Part shown: positions 10,861-22,883 of the stretch, one piece after another
Numbering within the stretch: the stretch's first letter is position 1
Layout of the letters: each line of letters begins with the position of its first letter
Origin: an uncultured Clostridium sp.
Lineage (GTDB): Bacteria; Bacillota; Clostridia; TANB77; CAG-508
DNA: 64,000 nucleotides
Direction: 5' to 3'
Assembly: GCA_946565805.1 (NCBI GenBank)
Contig: CAMNWO010000012.1
Coordinates: forward strand, 6,209-70,208
Notes under the pieces: generated by a model
Database searches by the model: none
Seen by the model: only the letters and a program-made list of their open reading frames with translations
What the model was told of the DNA's origin: nothing
Program-made: the position numbers and the translations under genes

Positions 10861-11793
10861 TCACATAGCCCCATTAATTCCACTAGCTACGATGTCTTTC
10901 ATATTCTCGATCAAATCATCAATCTCTTTGGGTGTTACAATTAAATTATAATCTTTTGGTATTAATGCCTCTCGAATTTCCTCATAATTATCTTCTTCTT
11001 TCATTTGATTTAGATAATCATTCGATTTTGCTTCATTTTGTAATTTCTCTATTAGTAAATCCAGGCAATCATTTACTAATACTGCCGTTTCTACTACTGT
11101 TGGAATTCCAATTGCCACAACAGGAACACCTAACGTCTTTTCACTAATTTCACTCCTTGTATTTCCAACCCCTGCACCTGGTACAATTCCTGTGTCAGAC
11201 AATTGAACAGTACTACTAATTCTTTCAATACTGCGAGATGCCAAGGCATCAATTACGATTACTAATTTTGGTTTTGTATTTTCTACAATTCCTTTTAAAA
11301 TTTCGACAGTCTCAATTCCTGTTGTTCCTAAAACACCTGGAGATATCGCACTTACCATTCTGGTCCCTTCTTCTACATATTGTGGCAAATAATTAATAAT
11401 ATGTCTAGTTACTTCAATTTCATTAATTACCTTTGGTCCCAAAGCATCTGGTGTAACATAGATATTTCCCAGTCCCACTACCAAAATCTCTCCTTGGCTA
11501 TCAATATGACTTCCTATTACCGCTTTTAATTCTTTGCTTAATGTTTCTGCAGCTTTTTGAATCTCCTCATCTTGTGCAATTTTTAATTTTTTAATATCAA
11601 TGGTGATATAATTTCCCATTGGCTTTCCTATGGCTTTTTCTCCATTTTCGTTGGTTATTTTTACTCTTTCCACTTTTATATTTTCGTCAATTTCTTCTTG
11701 ATTGGTTTCGATTCCATCGATTTCTTCTAGTTTATTAGCTTTTTGATATAGCTCCCTTCTTTCAGATGCTAAGTCTGTTCTAAAGTTAAACAT
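10861..11793 (-). CDS. gpr: Spore germination protease GPR
   Basis: RTDLASE, VVGLGN..VTPDALGP, PGVLGTTGIET, IDALASR, VTPKEID. Confidence 0.95.
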   Translation of the reverse strand: MFNFRTDLASERRELYQKANKLEEIDGIETNQEEIDENIKVERVKITNENGEKAIGKPMGNYITIDIKKLKIAQDEEIQKAAETLSKELKAVIGSHIDSQGEILVVGLGNIYVTPDALGPKVINEIEVTRHIINYLPQYVEEGTRMVSAISPGVLGTTGIETVEILKGIVENTKPKLVIVIDALASRSIERISSTVQLSDTGIVPGAGVGNTRSEISEKTLGVPVVAIGIPTVVETAVLVNDCLDLLIEKLQNEAKSNDYLNQMKEEDNYEEIREALIPKDYNLIVTPKEIDDLIENMKDIVASGINGAM

Positions 11794-11848
11794 GTTTTTC
11801 CTCCTCCTTGTTTTTCTTTAGTATAAACCATTTGGAGGATTTTTATTA

Positions 11849-12116
11849 CGATGTTTTTTGGGACGGGGTCAAAAAACATCGTTTTATCTTTTATGGTATA
11901 ATAAGAAAATTTACTTAAATTCAATTTTATTCCTCTTCAGAAATTGTATAACAAACTCTAAAGCAGAATAATTTAAATTAACTAAAAAGGAATTGTTAAT
12001 AACATTCGTATTAAAACAATTCCTTTTATATCATAGATTTATCTCTATTAAATATTTTTTATACTCACCCGATGTTTTTTAACCCCGTCCCAAAAAACAC
12101 CGTCCTAAAATCATGA
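11849..12116. repeat. Inverted pair of REP-like family C (11849-11881, 12070-12100) plus partial C2 element overlapping the uvrA stop
   Basis: GATGTTTTTTGGGACGGGGTCAAAAAACATCG and reverse complement; same unit at 27609/27687. Confidence 0.85.
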
Positions 12117-14944
12117 CAAATATTTCTTCAAAAATTTTCCTGTATGACTTCTTTCGTTGGTACAAATTTGTTCTGGTGTACCAATTGCAACTACTTCTCC
12201 GCCATTATCTCCACCTTCTGGTCCTAAGTCAACAATGTGGTCACAGGTTTTGATTAAGTCCAAATTATGTTCAATTACAATAATTGTATTTCCTGTGTCT
12301 ACTAATCTTTGTAAGATGTCTACTAATTTATGAACATCAGCTATATGAAGTCCTGTGGTTGGTTCGTCTAAAATGTATAGTGTTTTTCCTGTTGCTCTTT
12401 TGGATAATTCAGTTGCTAGTTTGACTCTCTGTGCTTCTCCCCCTGATAACGTTGTTGATGGTTGTCCTAGTTTGATGTATCCGAAGTCCTACGTCATGCA
12501 AGGTTTGTATTTTTTGCTTGATTTTTGGTATTTTATCAAAGAATGCTAAAGCTTCTTCTACTGTCATGTCTAAAACATCAGCAATAGTCTTTCCCTTATA
12601 TTTTACTTCTAATGTTTCTCTGTTATAACGTTTTCCTTTACATACTTCACATGGTACATAAATATCTGGCAAGAAGTGCATCTCGATTTTGTGAACACCG
12701 TCTCCATTGCAGCTTTCACATCTTCCTCCTGCTACATTGAAACTAAATCTTCCTTTTTGGTATCCTCTTAATTTTGCTTCTTCTGTGCTAGCGAAAATAT
12801 CTCGAATCAAATCAAATACTCCTGTATAGGTTGCTGGATTAGAACGTGGTGTTCTTCCAATTGGTGATTGGTCAATGTTGATAATTTTATCAATGTTTTG
12901 TAAGCCTTTTACTCCTTTGCATTTTCCTGGCTTTTCATTAGAGCCATTTAATGTTTTCGCTACCGTTTTATATAATACTTCGTTGACTAAAGTTGATTTT
13001 CCAGAACCAGATACTCCTGTTACACAATTAAATACTCCTAATGGGAATTTAACGCTAACATTTTTTAAATTGTTTTCACAAGCTTCTTGCACTTCAATTA
13101 CTTTTGTTTTTGTAGCCTTTCTTCGTTTTTTCGGTACTGGAATTTGTTTTCTTCCACTTAAATATTGCCCTGTAACAGAAGCTTCTACTCTTTTTACTTC
13201 TTCTGCTGTTCCGCTGTGCCATAACTTGTCCACCATGCGTTCCTGCGCCTGGTCCAATATCAATGATTTGGTCTGCTGCATACATGGTATCTTCATCATG
13301 TTCTACTACCAAAAGTGTATTCCCTAAATCTCTTAATTTTTTAAGAGTTGCTAATAATCTATCATTATCTCTTTGATGCAGTCCTATACTTGGTTCATCT
13401 AAGATATATAAAACTCCTGTTAAGCCAGAACCAATTTGTGTTGCTAGACGAATTCTTTGTGCTTCTCCTCCTGATAAGCTTCCTGCATTTCTAGATAATG
13501 TCAAATATTCTAATCCAACATCTATTAAGAATTGCAATCTTTGGTCAATCTCTTTTAAAATTAGTTCTGATATCATAGCTTCTGTTTTACTTAGTTTTAA
13601 ATGATTCAAATATTCTTTTATTTTTTTGATTGACATTTCTGTTAGTTCATTGATGTTTTTGTCTCCTACTTTGATGGATAGAATTTCTGGTTTTAATCTG
13701 GCTCCATGACATTCGTTACATGGCGAATTACTCATGTACATTTCATAAAAGTCCCTCATGCCTTGTGATTTTGTCTCATTATGACGTCTGTCTAAGGTTG
13801 GCAATACTCCTTCAAATGGTGCTGTAAATTTTCTTGTTCCTGCATAAGAAGAAAATTCGAAATTGATTTGATCTTCTCCTGTTCCATATAAAATTTTTTC
13901 CAAAAACCATCTTGGTAAGTCTTTTATTTTTTTGTTTTCAATTTCAACTCCATAGTATTTTCCAATGCTTTCAAAATACATTTTTGCCATGGTATCGCCT
14001 TTTTTCATCGTACTTGAACCAAAGGCTTTTACACCATCATACAAAGTTTTATTTTTATCTGGAATAATTAGTTCTTCGTCCATTTTCATTAAGTATCCTA
14101 TCCCTGTACAACTTGGGCATGCTCCAAATGGATTGTTGAAAGAGAACATTCTTGGACTTAGTTCTGGAAAGCTAAATCCACAGTCTGGACAAGCATAATT
14201 ACAACTATATAGTATTGGGTTTTGTCCTATTACATCAATTAAAACCATTTTGTCAGCATGTTTTAAAGCGATTTCTACTGATTCCGTTAATCGACTGATG
14301 ATGTCTGGCTTGATAACTAATCTGTCTACTACTAATTCTACTTCATGTTTTTTCTTTTTATCTAGCGAAATCTCATCTTCTCCTAATTCATAAATTTCAC
14401 CATCAATTCTAACTCTAACAAATCCTTCTTTTTGATAACCTTCTAATTGTTTGGTAAATTCTCCTTTTCTTCCTCTTACCACTGGCGCTAATACTTGAAT
14501 TTTCGTTCCTTCTGGTAAGCTCATGATGTTATCTATAATCTGATCAATACTTTGTTTCTCTATTTTTTTGTGACAATTTGGACAATAAGGAACTCCGATT
14601 CTCGCATATAGCAAACGAATATAATCATATATTTCTGTTACGGTTCCAACTGTAGAACGTGGATTTTTAGAAGTTGTTTTTTGGTCAATCGAAATGGCTG
14701 GTGATAATCCATCAATACTTTCCACATCAGGTTTTTCCATCAATCCTAAGAATTGTCTCGCATAAGAAGATAAACTTTCTACATATCTTCTTTGACCTTC
14801 TGCATATAACGTATCGAAAGCCAAGCTTGATTTCCCTGACCCTGATAATCCAGTAATAACAACTAACTTGTCCCTTGGAATTTCCAAATTTATATTTTTT
14901 AAATTATGTTCTTTCGCACCTTTTATCGTAATCTTATCGTTCAT
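12111..14944 (-). CDS. uvrA: Excinuclease ABC subunit A, two +1 frameshifts at CGG (13213, 12483); 943 aa restored
   Basis: Both Walker A motifs ([16 protein letters not shown]) and LSGGEAQR twice; junctions restore QVMAQGTAEE and HDVGLGYIKLGQ; third segment ends KKYLS-TGA at 12111. Confidence 0.93.
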
Positions 14945-15126
14945 ATTTGCCTCCTGTTTAAGAGGGATTTTAAGGAACGTCCCCTAATCCCTCTTTGCAG
15001 ATTCTATTATACTATATTTCTTTTTCAAAAACAAGAGTTTGGTGGTTTTTTTAAGATTTAGTTTCATAAGTATCAAAATTTATAAAGCGTAAATAGAGTG
15101 CTCTTATTAAAAGCACTCTATTCTGG

Positions 15127-15945
15127 TTAATTCAAATTGTATTGCATAATTGTTCTGGGCAGATAGAATATATATTCTTCCCATTTTTCTTCATTTTCTA
15201 TCTTTTCTTTTCCATTATTATGATTTACCCATATTGTTTTGGTGTTATTATATGAGATTTCAACATAAAAAGGTCCCTCTTCGACGAAAACAATCTTAGA
15301 TTTATCTGCCAGAGCAGAATCATAAATCCCTTCACCTGCTTCATTTAAATACCAATATGGAAGGGTATCTGACGTTGTTATCTCTTCTGTTATTGAATAT
15401 CTACTACCTGTTATTGTACCAGTAACTTCTTGAACTGGAATATTACAAAAGTGCGTTAGCTGCCTTTGTTCTTGTCTTTCCATGCTCGTTTTTTGTACCG
15501 TTTCAATGTTATTGTTATATTGGTAGATTGGTATTAACCAACAAATTATCGAAATTAAAAAAGCAATAACCCATACTTTTTCTAGTTTCTCATCTAACCT
15601 GTGTAACCCCAGAATCCAATATCCTACTACATAAGTAAGTACTATTGATATAATTATAGGAATGCTATCCATTATTATATTAATTTCAGTTCGCTCTCCT
15701 TGCATATAAGTAGGCAGGAACATACCAATAAACTTTGCAACAATTATACCCCCTACGATATTGATACAAATGATTACAAGTATATGTACTAAAACTCTAG
15801 CTTTTTTATTCTTTTCATAAATACTATTTCTACTTATGGTACTATAGTAATCATCATCTTTCAGTTTCCGAGTTAACTTGTCAATAACAATTTTTGTGAC
15901 AATCGTTATCGCAATACCAATACACCATACAATCCAAAATTCCAT
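15127..15945 (-). CDS. Hypothetical multi-pass membrane protein (accessory)
   Basis: GGAGG RBS, about 4 hydrophobic segments, own terminator at 15093-15122. Confidence 0.7.
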   Translation of the reverse strand: MEFWIVWCIGIAITIVTKIVIDKLTRKLKDDDYYSTISRNSIYEKNKKARVLVHILVIICINIVGGIIVAKFIGMFLPTYMQGERTEINIIMDSIPIIISIVLTYVVGYWILGLHRLDEKLEKVWVIAFLISIICWLIPIYQYNNNIETVQKTSMERQEQRQLTHFCNIPVQEVTGTITGSRYSITEEITTSDTLPYWYLNEAGEGIYDSALADKSKIVFVEEGPFYVEISYNNTKTIWVNHNNGKEKIENEEKWEEYIFYLPRTIMQYNLN

Positions 15946-16095
15946 AATTTTCCTCCTTAAAATAATTATTTTATTGATTTGCTTTATATCAACCTGAAAA
16001 ACAGGATACTAAGAATTTTACATAATGATTTTAACATATTCATGGACTTTTTTCAAGTTTTGGATTAAAACTTTGTATTTTTATAGAGATTCCTT

Positions 16096-17756
16096 TTATT
16101 CAACCACCTTCCCTTCTTTCATTTCTACAATCTTATCACAACCTTCAATTGTAGATAATCTATGAGCAATCATAAAAGTAATTCTACCGTTTCGTAATCT
16201 TTTCTATTGCATTTTTAATCATTTCTTCCTTGTCCCAACTTAAATTAGAAGTTACCTCATCTAAAATAACTACATCTGGTGACATTGCCATAATTCTGGC
16301 AAAACTAATCATTTGTTTTTCTCCTGTTGAAAGGATATCTGGATTTTCATAGATATTGGTTTGATAGCCTTTTGGTAATGACAGGATTTTTTCATGCATT
16401 TTTAAGGTTTTGAATATTTCTACAATTTCGTCTTTTGTTATTTTTGAATTCACATATTTGATATTATCGACAATGGTATTGGGAACAATTTGAACTTCTT
16501 GCATGATATAACCAATTTTGTCTCGGATAGAAGATATACTATATTCTCTATAGTCTTTTTGATTGATTCGTATTTCTCCTTTTTGTGGTTCGTATAATCG
16601 TTCTAGCAAATTGGTTATGGTTGTTTTTCCGTGCTCCTGTTTTACCAATTAAAGCTACTTTTTCATTTTCTGCTACTTTTAAGGAAAAGTTTTTGATATT
16701 TTTTTGTGTATGGTTATAAGAAAAAGATACGTTATCAAATTCTATACTTGTAATTTTATCTATTAACTTTTCTCCCTTATTCAAATCTTCTTCCTCTTCC
16801 TTTTCCAATAATTCTAAAATTTTAGAATAAGCAAAAAAGCATTCATTAAAATCGGTTAAGTGTCTTGTAAACCAACTAAACTCAAATTCAATATAACTCG
16901 AATAATCTATCATTAGCATAATTTCTGCATAAGTCATGATACCTTGTATTACATCCATTCCTCCAAAATAAATAATGACAATACTAGTAAAAGAAGTAAT
17001 AAAAGAAAATATCGTATTATAGGTGGTAATAGTTTTTTCTAATTTTGAATTTTCAAAATTGTATTCTGTTAATTTTTCTTTTAACTCTTTTATCTTTTGA
17101 TTGATAATCCCTAATGTTTTAATACTTAAGAAACTTTGTATTCCTTCATTAATAGCAGTATAAACACTCATATTAATTTTTCTAATTTGCTCTATTTTAA
17201 CCATAGTTTTACGATTAAAAAATAATGTAACAAATAGACCTATCAAATATAATCCTAAAATCATAAGTGCAATTTTTAAATTAACAAACATCAAAAAAAT
17301 AGCAACAATCGAAAAACGAAGCATCCCCATTGTAAACATTTCTGTTATCGTAATGGGAAATAACTCTCCTGCTTTTTGTGTATCATCTTGTAAAAATTGC
17401 AAAATTATTCCTGTTTCGTTTTCATCAAAAAATTTTGCTTTTACTTTTTGTAATTTCGTAAAAATATGGTTTCTTAAATCCCTTCTTATCCATCGTTCTA
17501 AAAAGCATCTCATTTCGCAATGCTTTAATACGAGATAACATTGTGCTAACAAAATACAAATATGGAAAATGACAAAAATCACTAGTCCTTTTATATTCTT
17601 TTGTGGTATTTCAACATCTAATATTTGTTTTACCAAGTGTGGAACTGTTACAATTTCTAGTAAGGCTGTTACTACAATTAAAAGAAACAAAACTATGAAT
17701 TTTTTATGATATCCTACATCTTGGTACATTGTTTTTAATTGCTTTAACGGTTTCAT
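16096..17756 (-). CDS. ABC exporter, fused TMD-NBD subunit, two +1 frameshifts at CGG (16631, 16189); 552 aa restored
   Basis: Junctions restore Walker A GKTGAGKTT and ITKGRITFMIAHRLSTI (H-loop); LSTGEKQ signature and ILDE Walker B. Confidence 0.9.
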
Positions 17757-19407
17757 ATCTTTGATGTTCCTTCCTCTAATTTAATAATATTATCAACATA
17801 CTCTTCTATCTCTAATTTATGGGTAATAAAAATCATTGTGGTTTCTGGATAGTTGTTTTTCAAATTTTGAAATATCTTATTGGAAGTATTGTTATCCAAT
17901 TTACTAAAGGCATTATCAAATATAATAACTGGTTTATTTCGTATCAATGCTCTTGTAATTAAAATTCTTTGTTTTTGTCCACCAGAAAGCTTAACTCCTT
18001 TTTCTCCAATTACGGTTTGATAACCTTCCTCAAATCTTTTAATATCCTGATAAATTTCCGCTTCTTGGCTTGCTTTTATGATTCGTTTTTCTGTAATCCT
18101 ACTTCCTAATTCTATATTTTCTAATATCGTTCCTCCAAACAAATCTGCTTCTCCTGAGACAAAGTCTATATATTCTCGTATATTCGATTTATCTAATTGC
18201 TTGGTATTATGATAATTTAAATAGATATTTCCTTGTATGGGATAAAATCCTAAAATTGCTTTAGCTAACGTACTTTTTCCGCTTCCATTTTCTCCAAAGA
18301 TTGCAACCTTTTCTCCTCTCTTTATGGCAAAATTTAAGTTAGACAAGATTGTTTTTTTCGTAAGTCCGATCGAAACATTATGAAATAAAATATCACCATT
18401 TAAATCATAAGAATGATTTTCATTGGTTTCTTCTTCTAAACTCATTAACTTTTTAATTTTTTGTTTTACGACTAGGAAGGTATTTACTACTTCCAAATTT
18501 TCACCAAATGAATACAGAGTTGTTAGTATTTTGGTGGCAAATAGCAATAAGGCTGTTAAACTTCCGAAGTGTCATATTCCCTTTTATAATAGAGATACCA
18601 CCTAATAAACAAATAATGGGGTCACTTAAATAAGTAATGTGTTCACTGATAATTTCATAAAATAGAATTAGTTTGGCAAATCGAATGTCTTCTTCTGTAT
18701 AATCTTTATTCAATCTTTTATATTTTTGAATTTCTTCTTTTTGGCGATTATAAATTCTAACAAATTTAAATTGACTTACATTATTTATCGTGGCTCCTAA
18801 CATTTTTCTCTTTTTCAAAATTACTTTTTCCAATATTTTTGTCATGTTTTTATAATACCATAAAGCAAAAAGTAGCATAGTTGCTATTGTTATTACTAAA
18901 TAGATTGTAATTGACATACTTAACCCTACGCTATGTGTTACAATAAAAAAGCTTAAAGATAGAATATCTAATATTAAATTAAGTTGTACTTTATAAAAAT
19001 TGGCATATTCCCCGTGCATCTTCATTTACTCTTTGTAGCATTTCTACCTTGCTATAAGATTGATAACTTTCATATTCTAAATTCAATATATGTGAATACA
19101 ACTTCTCTTTTAAGTTTGAACTTACTTTTAAAGTAAAAGCTGTTGTCAGTCTTTCTCTTATATAAGTAGCTCCCGCTACCATTAAATTAATCCCTATCAT
19201 AATAGCACTAATACATAGTAATCCTTTTAGCGTTCCCATTTCTAATATGCTTTTTAGATATTCTGGCATTTGACTTATGTTATGAAATAAAATTCCGTCA
19301 ATAGCATAGCTAATATATACTGCTATTTGAAGACTAAAATAAGATATGATAAAGCTTAATAAAACTAATCCTATCATATGTTTTTTGATTCCTTCTAATA
19401 TTTTCAT
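17753..19407 (-). CDS. ABC exporter, fused TMD-NBD partner subunit, two +1 frameshifts at CGG (19014, 18566); 550 aa restored
   Basis: Three ORFs join as VNEDAGEYANF and GNMTLGSLTA; GENGSGKS and LSGGQKQR present. Confidence 0.88.
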
Positions 19408-19483
19408 ACAAAAAACCCCTATTAGACTATATCGCTAATAGGAGTTTTCTACTTTATTTTTTTGATATCAATTTTATTAAGTT

Positions 19484-20317
19484 TTATTCTACTGCTATGC
19501 AAATTTCACAATAATCTTCATAATAGATTTCAAGCTCTGGGTATTTAGCAATTAGGTAATATTCGGAATTTGGTAACCATTTTTCATAAATATTATCACC
19601 TAATTTTAAAATATCCCTTTGCTCGTGATTTGGCAATCGAAAACAAGCCCATTTTGATTTTGGAAGTTTCACTTCTACAAAGTCTTCTCGAGGTGTTTTT
19701 CCCACTACATAGTATTGACCTTTTCCCGTATATCGACTCTTCTCATAGATTGGCTGGTAAATTCCAAAGTATTCTTCTTTTCCTGTATTATGATTTACGA
19801 TAAATTTCATCGTTCCATCTTCTCGAACTTGCTTATATAAATCCTGAATTGCCTTTTTGTCATCATCTGCTATCAATCCTGTTGTTTTTCCATAAAAGGT
19901 CTGCTCTTCCCTATCTACAATTCGATATTTCATAGCTCTTTTTCCTTTAATTTCCGGATTAAATTCCGTTTTAGGAAAAAAGTTAATTTCCATGGAGGTA
20001 CTTTTTCTAAAATTAGCTGGAGATTGTCCATACATCTTTTTAAAGGCGTTAGAAAAAGAAATTGGCGAATCATATTGATATTTCATGGCTATATCAATAA
20101 TTTTATGGTCTGTCTTTCTTAGTTCCTCTGCTGCTTTGCTTAGCCTTCTCCTTCTAATGTATTCAGTAACTGTGATTCCTGTTAAAAAGGTAAAAATTCT
20201 TTGCATCGCATAACTAGAAGTTCCCATTACTTTGGCTAATTCATTATAATCTATCTCGTTTTCTAAGTTTATTTCTATCGTATCAATTAGTTTATTTAAG
20301 CTATCATAATAATTCAT
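19484..20317 (-). CDS. AraC-family regulator with GyrI-like effector domain
   Basis: EYIRRRRLSKAA ... IAMKYQYDSPISFSNAFKK; C-terminal WLPNS..Y ... LEIY. Confidence 0.88.
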   Translation of the reverse strand: MNYYDSLNKLIDTIEINLENEIDYNELAKVMGTSSYAMQRIFTFLTGITVTEYIRRRRLSKAAEELRKTDHKIIDIAMKYQYDSPISFSNAFKKMYGQSPANFRKSTSMEINFFPKTEFNPEIKGKRAMKYRIVDREEQTFYGKTTGLIADDDKKAIQDLYKQVREDGTMKFIVNHNTGKEEYFGIYQPIYEKSRYTGKGQYYVVGKTPREDFVEVKLPKSKWACFRLPNHEQRDILKLGDNIYEKWLPNSEYYLIAKYPELEIYYEDYCEICIAVE

Positions 20318-20371
20318 TTTATTTTTCCTTTTATAAATTGCCAAAAAGGACCCTCCTCTTTGGCAATTCTC

Positions 20372-22033
20372 TTAAAATATTCCTACAATTTCTCCGTTTT
20401 CATCAATATCAATGCTTTCTGCTGATGGCACTTTAGGAAGACCTGGCATAGTCATAATTTTCCCTGCTAAGGCTACCACAAAACCTGCTCCTGTTTTTAA
20501 ATTGATGTCTCGAATTCTAATATTGTAATCCCCTTTACATTCTAAATTTTTAGGGTCATCTGAGAAGGAATATTGTGTTTTAGCAATACATACTGGGAAA
20601 TGTCCATATCCTAATTCTTCTATTTTTTTAATTTCTGCTAATGCTTCTTCTGAATATTCCACTCCTTTTGCTCCATATACTTTGGTTGCTACTTTTTCAA
20701 TTTTAGTTTGAATAGAATCTTCTGATTCATAGATGTAGTGGAAGTTTTCTTCTTGTTCTGTTAGTTTTACTAATTTCTCAGCAATGTCAATCGCTCCTTC
20801 TCCACCTTTTGCCCATCCTTCTACTAAGCTTAGTTCAACACCTTTTTCAGACAACTTTTCTTGTAAAAACTCAATTTCTTTTTCGGTGTCTTGTACATAT
20901 CGATTTAATGCCACAATTACATTTACACCAAATTTATTTTTTAGGTTATCGATATGACGATATACGTTATCAATTCCTCTTTCAATTCCCTCAATGTTCT
21001 CTTCTTGTATTTTATCTTTTTCCACGCCACCATGGTATTTAATGGCTTTTATGGTTGCTACTAATACAACGGCGTCTGGTTTTATTCCAGCTTTTCTACA
21101 TTTGATGTCCATGAATTTTTCTGCTCCTAAGTCAGCTCCAAATCCAGCTTCTGTTATAACATAATCTCCTAATTTTAAAGCTAGTTTTGTTGCGATAATG
21201 CTGTTACATCCATGGGCAATATTGGCAAATGGTCCTCCATGAACAATAGCTGGTGTATGTTCTAAGGTTTGTACTAAATTTGGCTTTAAGGCATCTTTTA
21301 ATAAAACTGTCATAGCACCTTCTGCTTTTAGTTGTTTTGCATAAATTGGTTCTCCTTGTTTGTTATAACCAACTAATATATTTCCTAATTTTTCTTTTAA
21401 ATCTTTGATATCTGTTGCTAAGCACATAATTGCCATAATCTCAGAAGCTACTGTGATATCAAATTTATCATGTCTTGGAACAATTCTCTTTTCTCCTGAT
21501 AATCCTGTTTCAATTTCTCTTAGTTGTCTATCATTTAAATCTAGACATCTTTTCCATACAACTCTCTCAAATCCTAATTCATTTCCAAAATAAATGTGAT
21601 TGTCAATTAAACTTGCTAATAAATTGTTAGCTACTGTCATGGCATGGATATCTCCTGTAAAATGTAAGTTGATATCTTCCATTGGCGCAATTTGCACTCT
21701 TCCTCCACCTGCTGCTCCTCCTTTAATTCCAAATACTGGACCTAAAGATGGCTCTCTTAAGGCTAAAATCGAATTTTTTTCAATTCTTCTTAATCCATCT
21801 GCTATGGCAATGGACATCGTTGTTTTTCCTTCTCCTAATGGCGTTGGATTGATGGCTGTTACTAAAACTAATTTTCCATCTTTTTTATCTTTTAATCTCT
21901 CGTAAACATCATCTGAAATTTTCGCTTTGTATTTCCCATACTGTTCAATATCCTCTTCCTTAATTTCTACTTTTTTTGCTATGTCTACTATTTTTTCTAG
22001 TTTTGTACTTCTTGCGATTTCGATATCTGTCAT
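20372..22033 (-). CDS. fhs: Formate--tetrahydrofolate ligase
   Basis: TPLGEGKTT, HGGPFANIAHG, TEAGFGADLGAEKF, MTMPGLPK; start moved to MTDIEIA after GGAGG. Confidence 0.96.
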   Translation of the reverse strand: MTDIEIARSTKLEKIVDIAKKVEIKEEDIEQYGKYKAKISDDVYERLKDKKDGKLVLVTAINPTPLGEGKTTMSIAIADGLRRIEKNSILALREPSLGPVFGIKGGAAGGGRVQIAPMEDINLHFTGDIHAMTVANNLLASLIDNHIYFGNELGFERVVWKRCLDLNDRQLREIETGLSGEKRIVPRHDKFDITVASEIMAIMCLATDIKDLKEKLGNILVGYNKQGEPIYAKQLKAEGAMTVLLKDALKPNLVQTLEHTPAIVHGGPFANIAHGCNSIIATKLALKLGDYVITEAGFGADLGAEKFMDIKCRKAGIKPDAVVLVATIKAIKYHGGVEKDKIQEENIEGIERGIDNVYRHIDNLKNKFGVNVIVALNRYVQDTEKEIEFLQEKLSEKGVELSLVEGWAKGGEGAIDIAEKLVKLTEQEENFHYIYESEDSIQTKIEKVATKVYGAKGVEYSEEALAEIKKIEELGYGHFPVCIAKTQYSFSDDPKNLECKGDYNIRIRDINLKTGAGFVVALAGKIMTMPGLPKVPSAESIDIDENGEIVGIF

Positions 22034-22055
22034 AATCCATACCTCCTTTTTTATT

Positions 22056-22153
22056 AAAGTTGCCAATGGTTCCGGGGTTAAATGGCAACTTTAATTTTTT
22101 ATATTTAATTTTAAGCAAAGTTGCCATTTAACCCCGGAACCATTGGCAACTTT
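22056..22153. repeat. Inverted REP-like doublet, family D
   Basis: AAAGTTGCCAATGGTTCCGGGGTTAAATGGCAACTTT and its exact reverse complement; degenerate copy near 54695-54730. Confidence 0.85.
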
Positions 22154-22159
22154 TTAGCA

Positions 22160-22600
22160 TTAAGCAATTATTCCTACTAGTACTCCTATCATTGCTCCTA
22201 CAAATACTTGTACTGGTGTATGTCCTAAAACTTCAACTAATCTCTCTGATACTTGCATTCCAGTAAGTCCTGGTGTTTCAATTAATTTATTTAATAAAGC
22301 TGCTTGTTTACCAGCCGCTCTTCTTACTCCACAGGCATCATACATAACAATAAATGCTACAATAAATCCTAAAGCAAAAATTGGACTATCTACTCCTTCG
22401 TATTTTCCTATCAAGGTAGCTAGCCCTGCTACCACTGCCGAATGAGAACTTGGCATTCCCCCTGCTCCCATAATTCTTTTAAAATTAAATTTTTTTGTTG
22501 TACATAAATCATAAATTAATTTAAATAATTGTATACCAAACCATAAAAAGAATGGTACATATATATATTTGTTTTGTAGAAATGCTATAAAGTCATTCAT
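22160..22600 (-). CDS. Divergent PAP2 family protein (DUF212)
   Basis: GGMPSSHSA, VMYDACGVRRAAG, LGHTPVQV. Confidence 0.92.
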   Translation of the reverse strand: MNDFIAFLQNKYIYVPFFLWFGIQLFKLIYDLCTTKKFNFKRIMGAGGMPSSHSAVVAGLATLIGKYEGVDSPIFALGFIVAFIVMYDACGVRRAAGKQAALLNKLIETPGLTGMQVSERLVEVLGHTPVQVFVGAMIGVLVGIIA

Positions 22601-22643
22601 TTTTTGTTTTCTCCCCTTTATTTAAGTTCTCTTCCGTTTTTTA

Positions 22644-22883
22644 TTAAGCTTCAAATTCCTCTTCTTTTATTTCACCATCTTGTTTTACTAAAATAGTAAT
22701 TTTCTTTTCTGCTTCTTCTAATGTTTTATTACATTCTTTTGAAATTTTAATTCCTTCTTCAAATTTTGAAACAGAATCTTCTAAGCTTAATTCTCCTTTT
22801 TCCAGTTCTGTTACAATTTTTTCTAATTGTTCTATTTGTTCTTCAAAACTTTTACTCAACTTTTTCTTCTCCTTTTCAAACAT
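22644..22883 (-). CDS. xseB: Exodeoxyribonuclease VII small subunit
   Basis: SFEE..QLEKIV..LE.GELSLEDSV..FEEG. Confidence 0.93.
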   Translation of the reverse strand: MFEKEKKKLSKSFEEQIEQLEKIVTELEKGELSLEDSVSKFEEGIKISKECNKTLEEAEKKITILVKQDGEIKEEEFEA

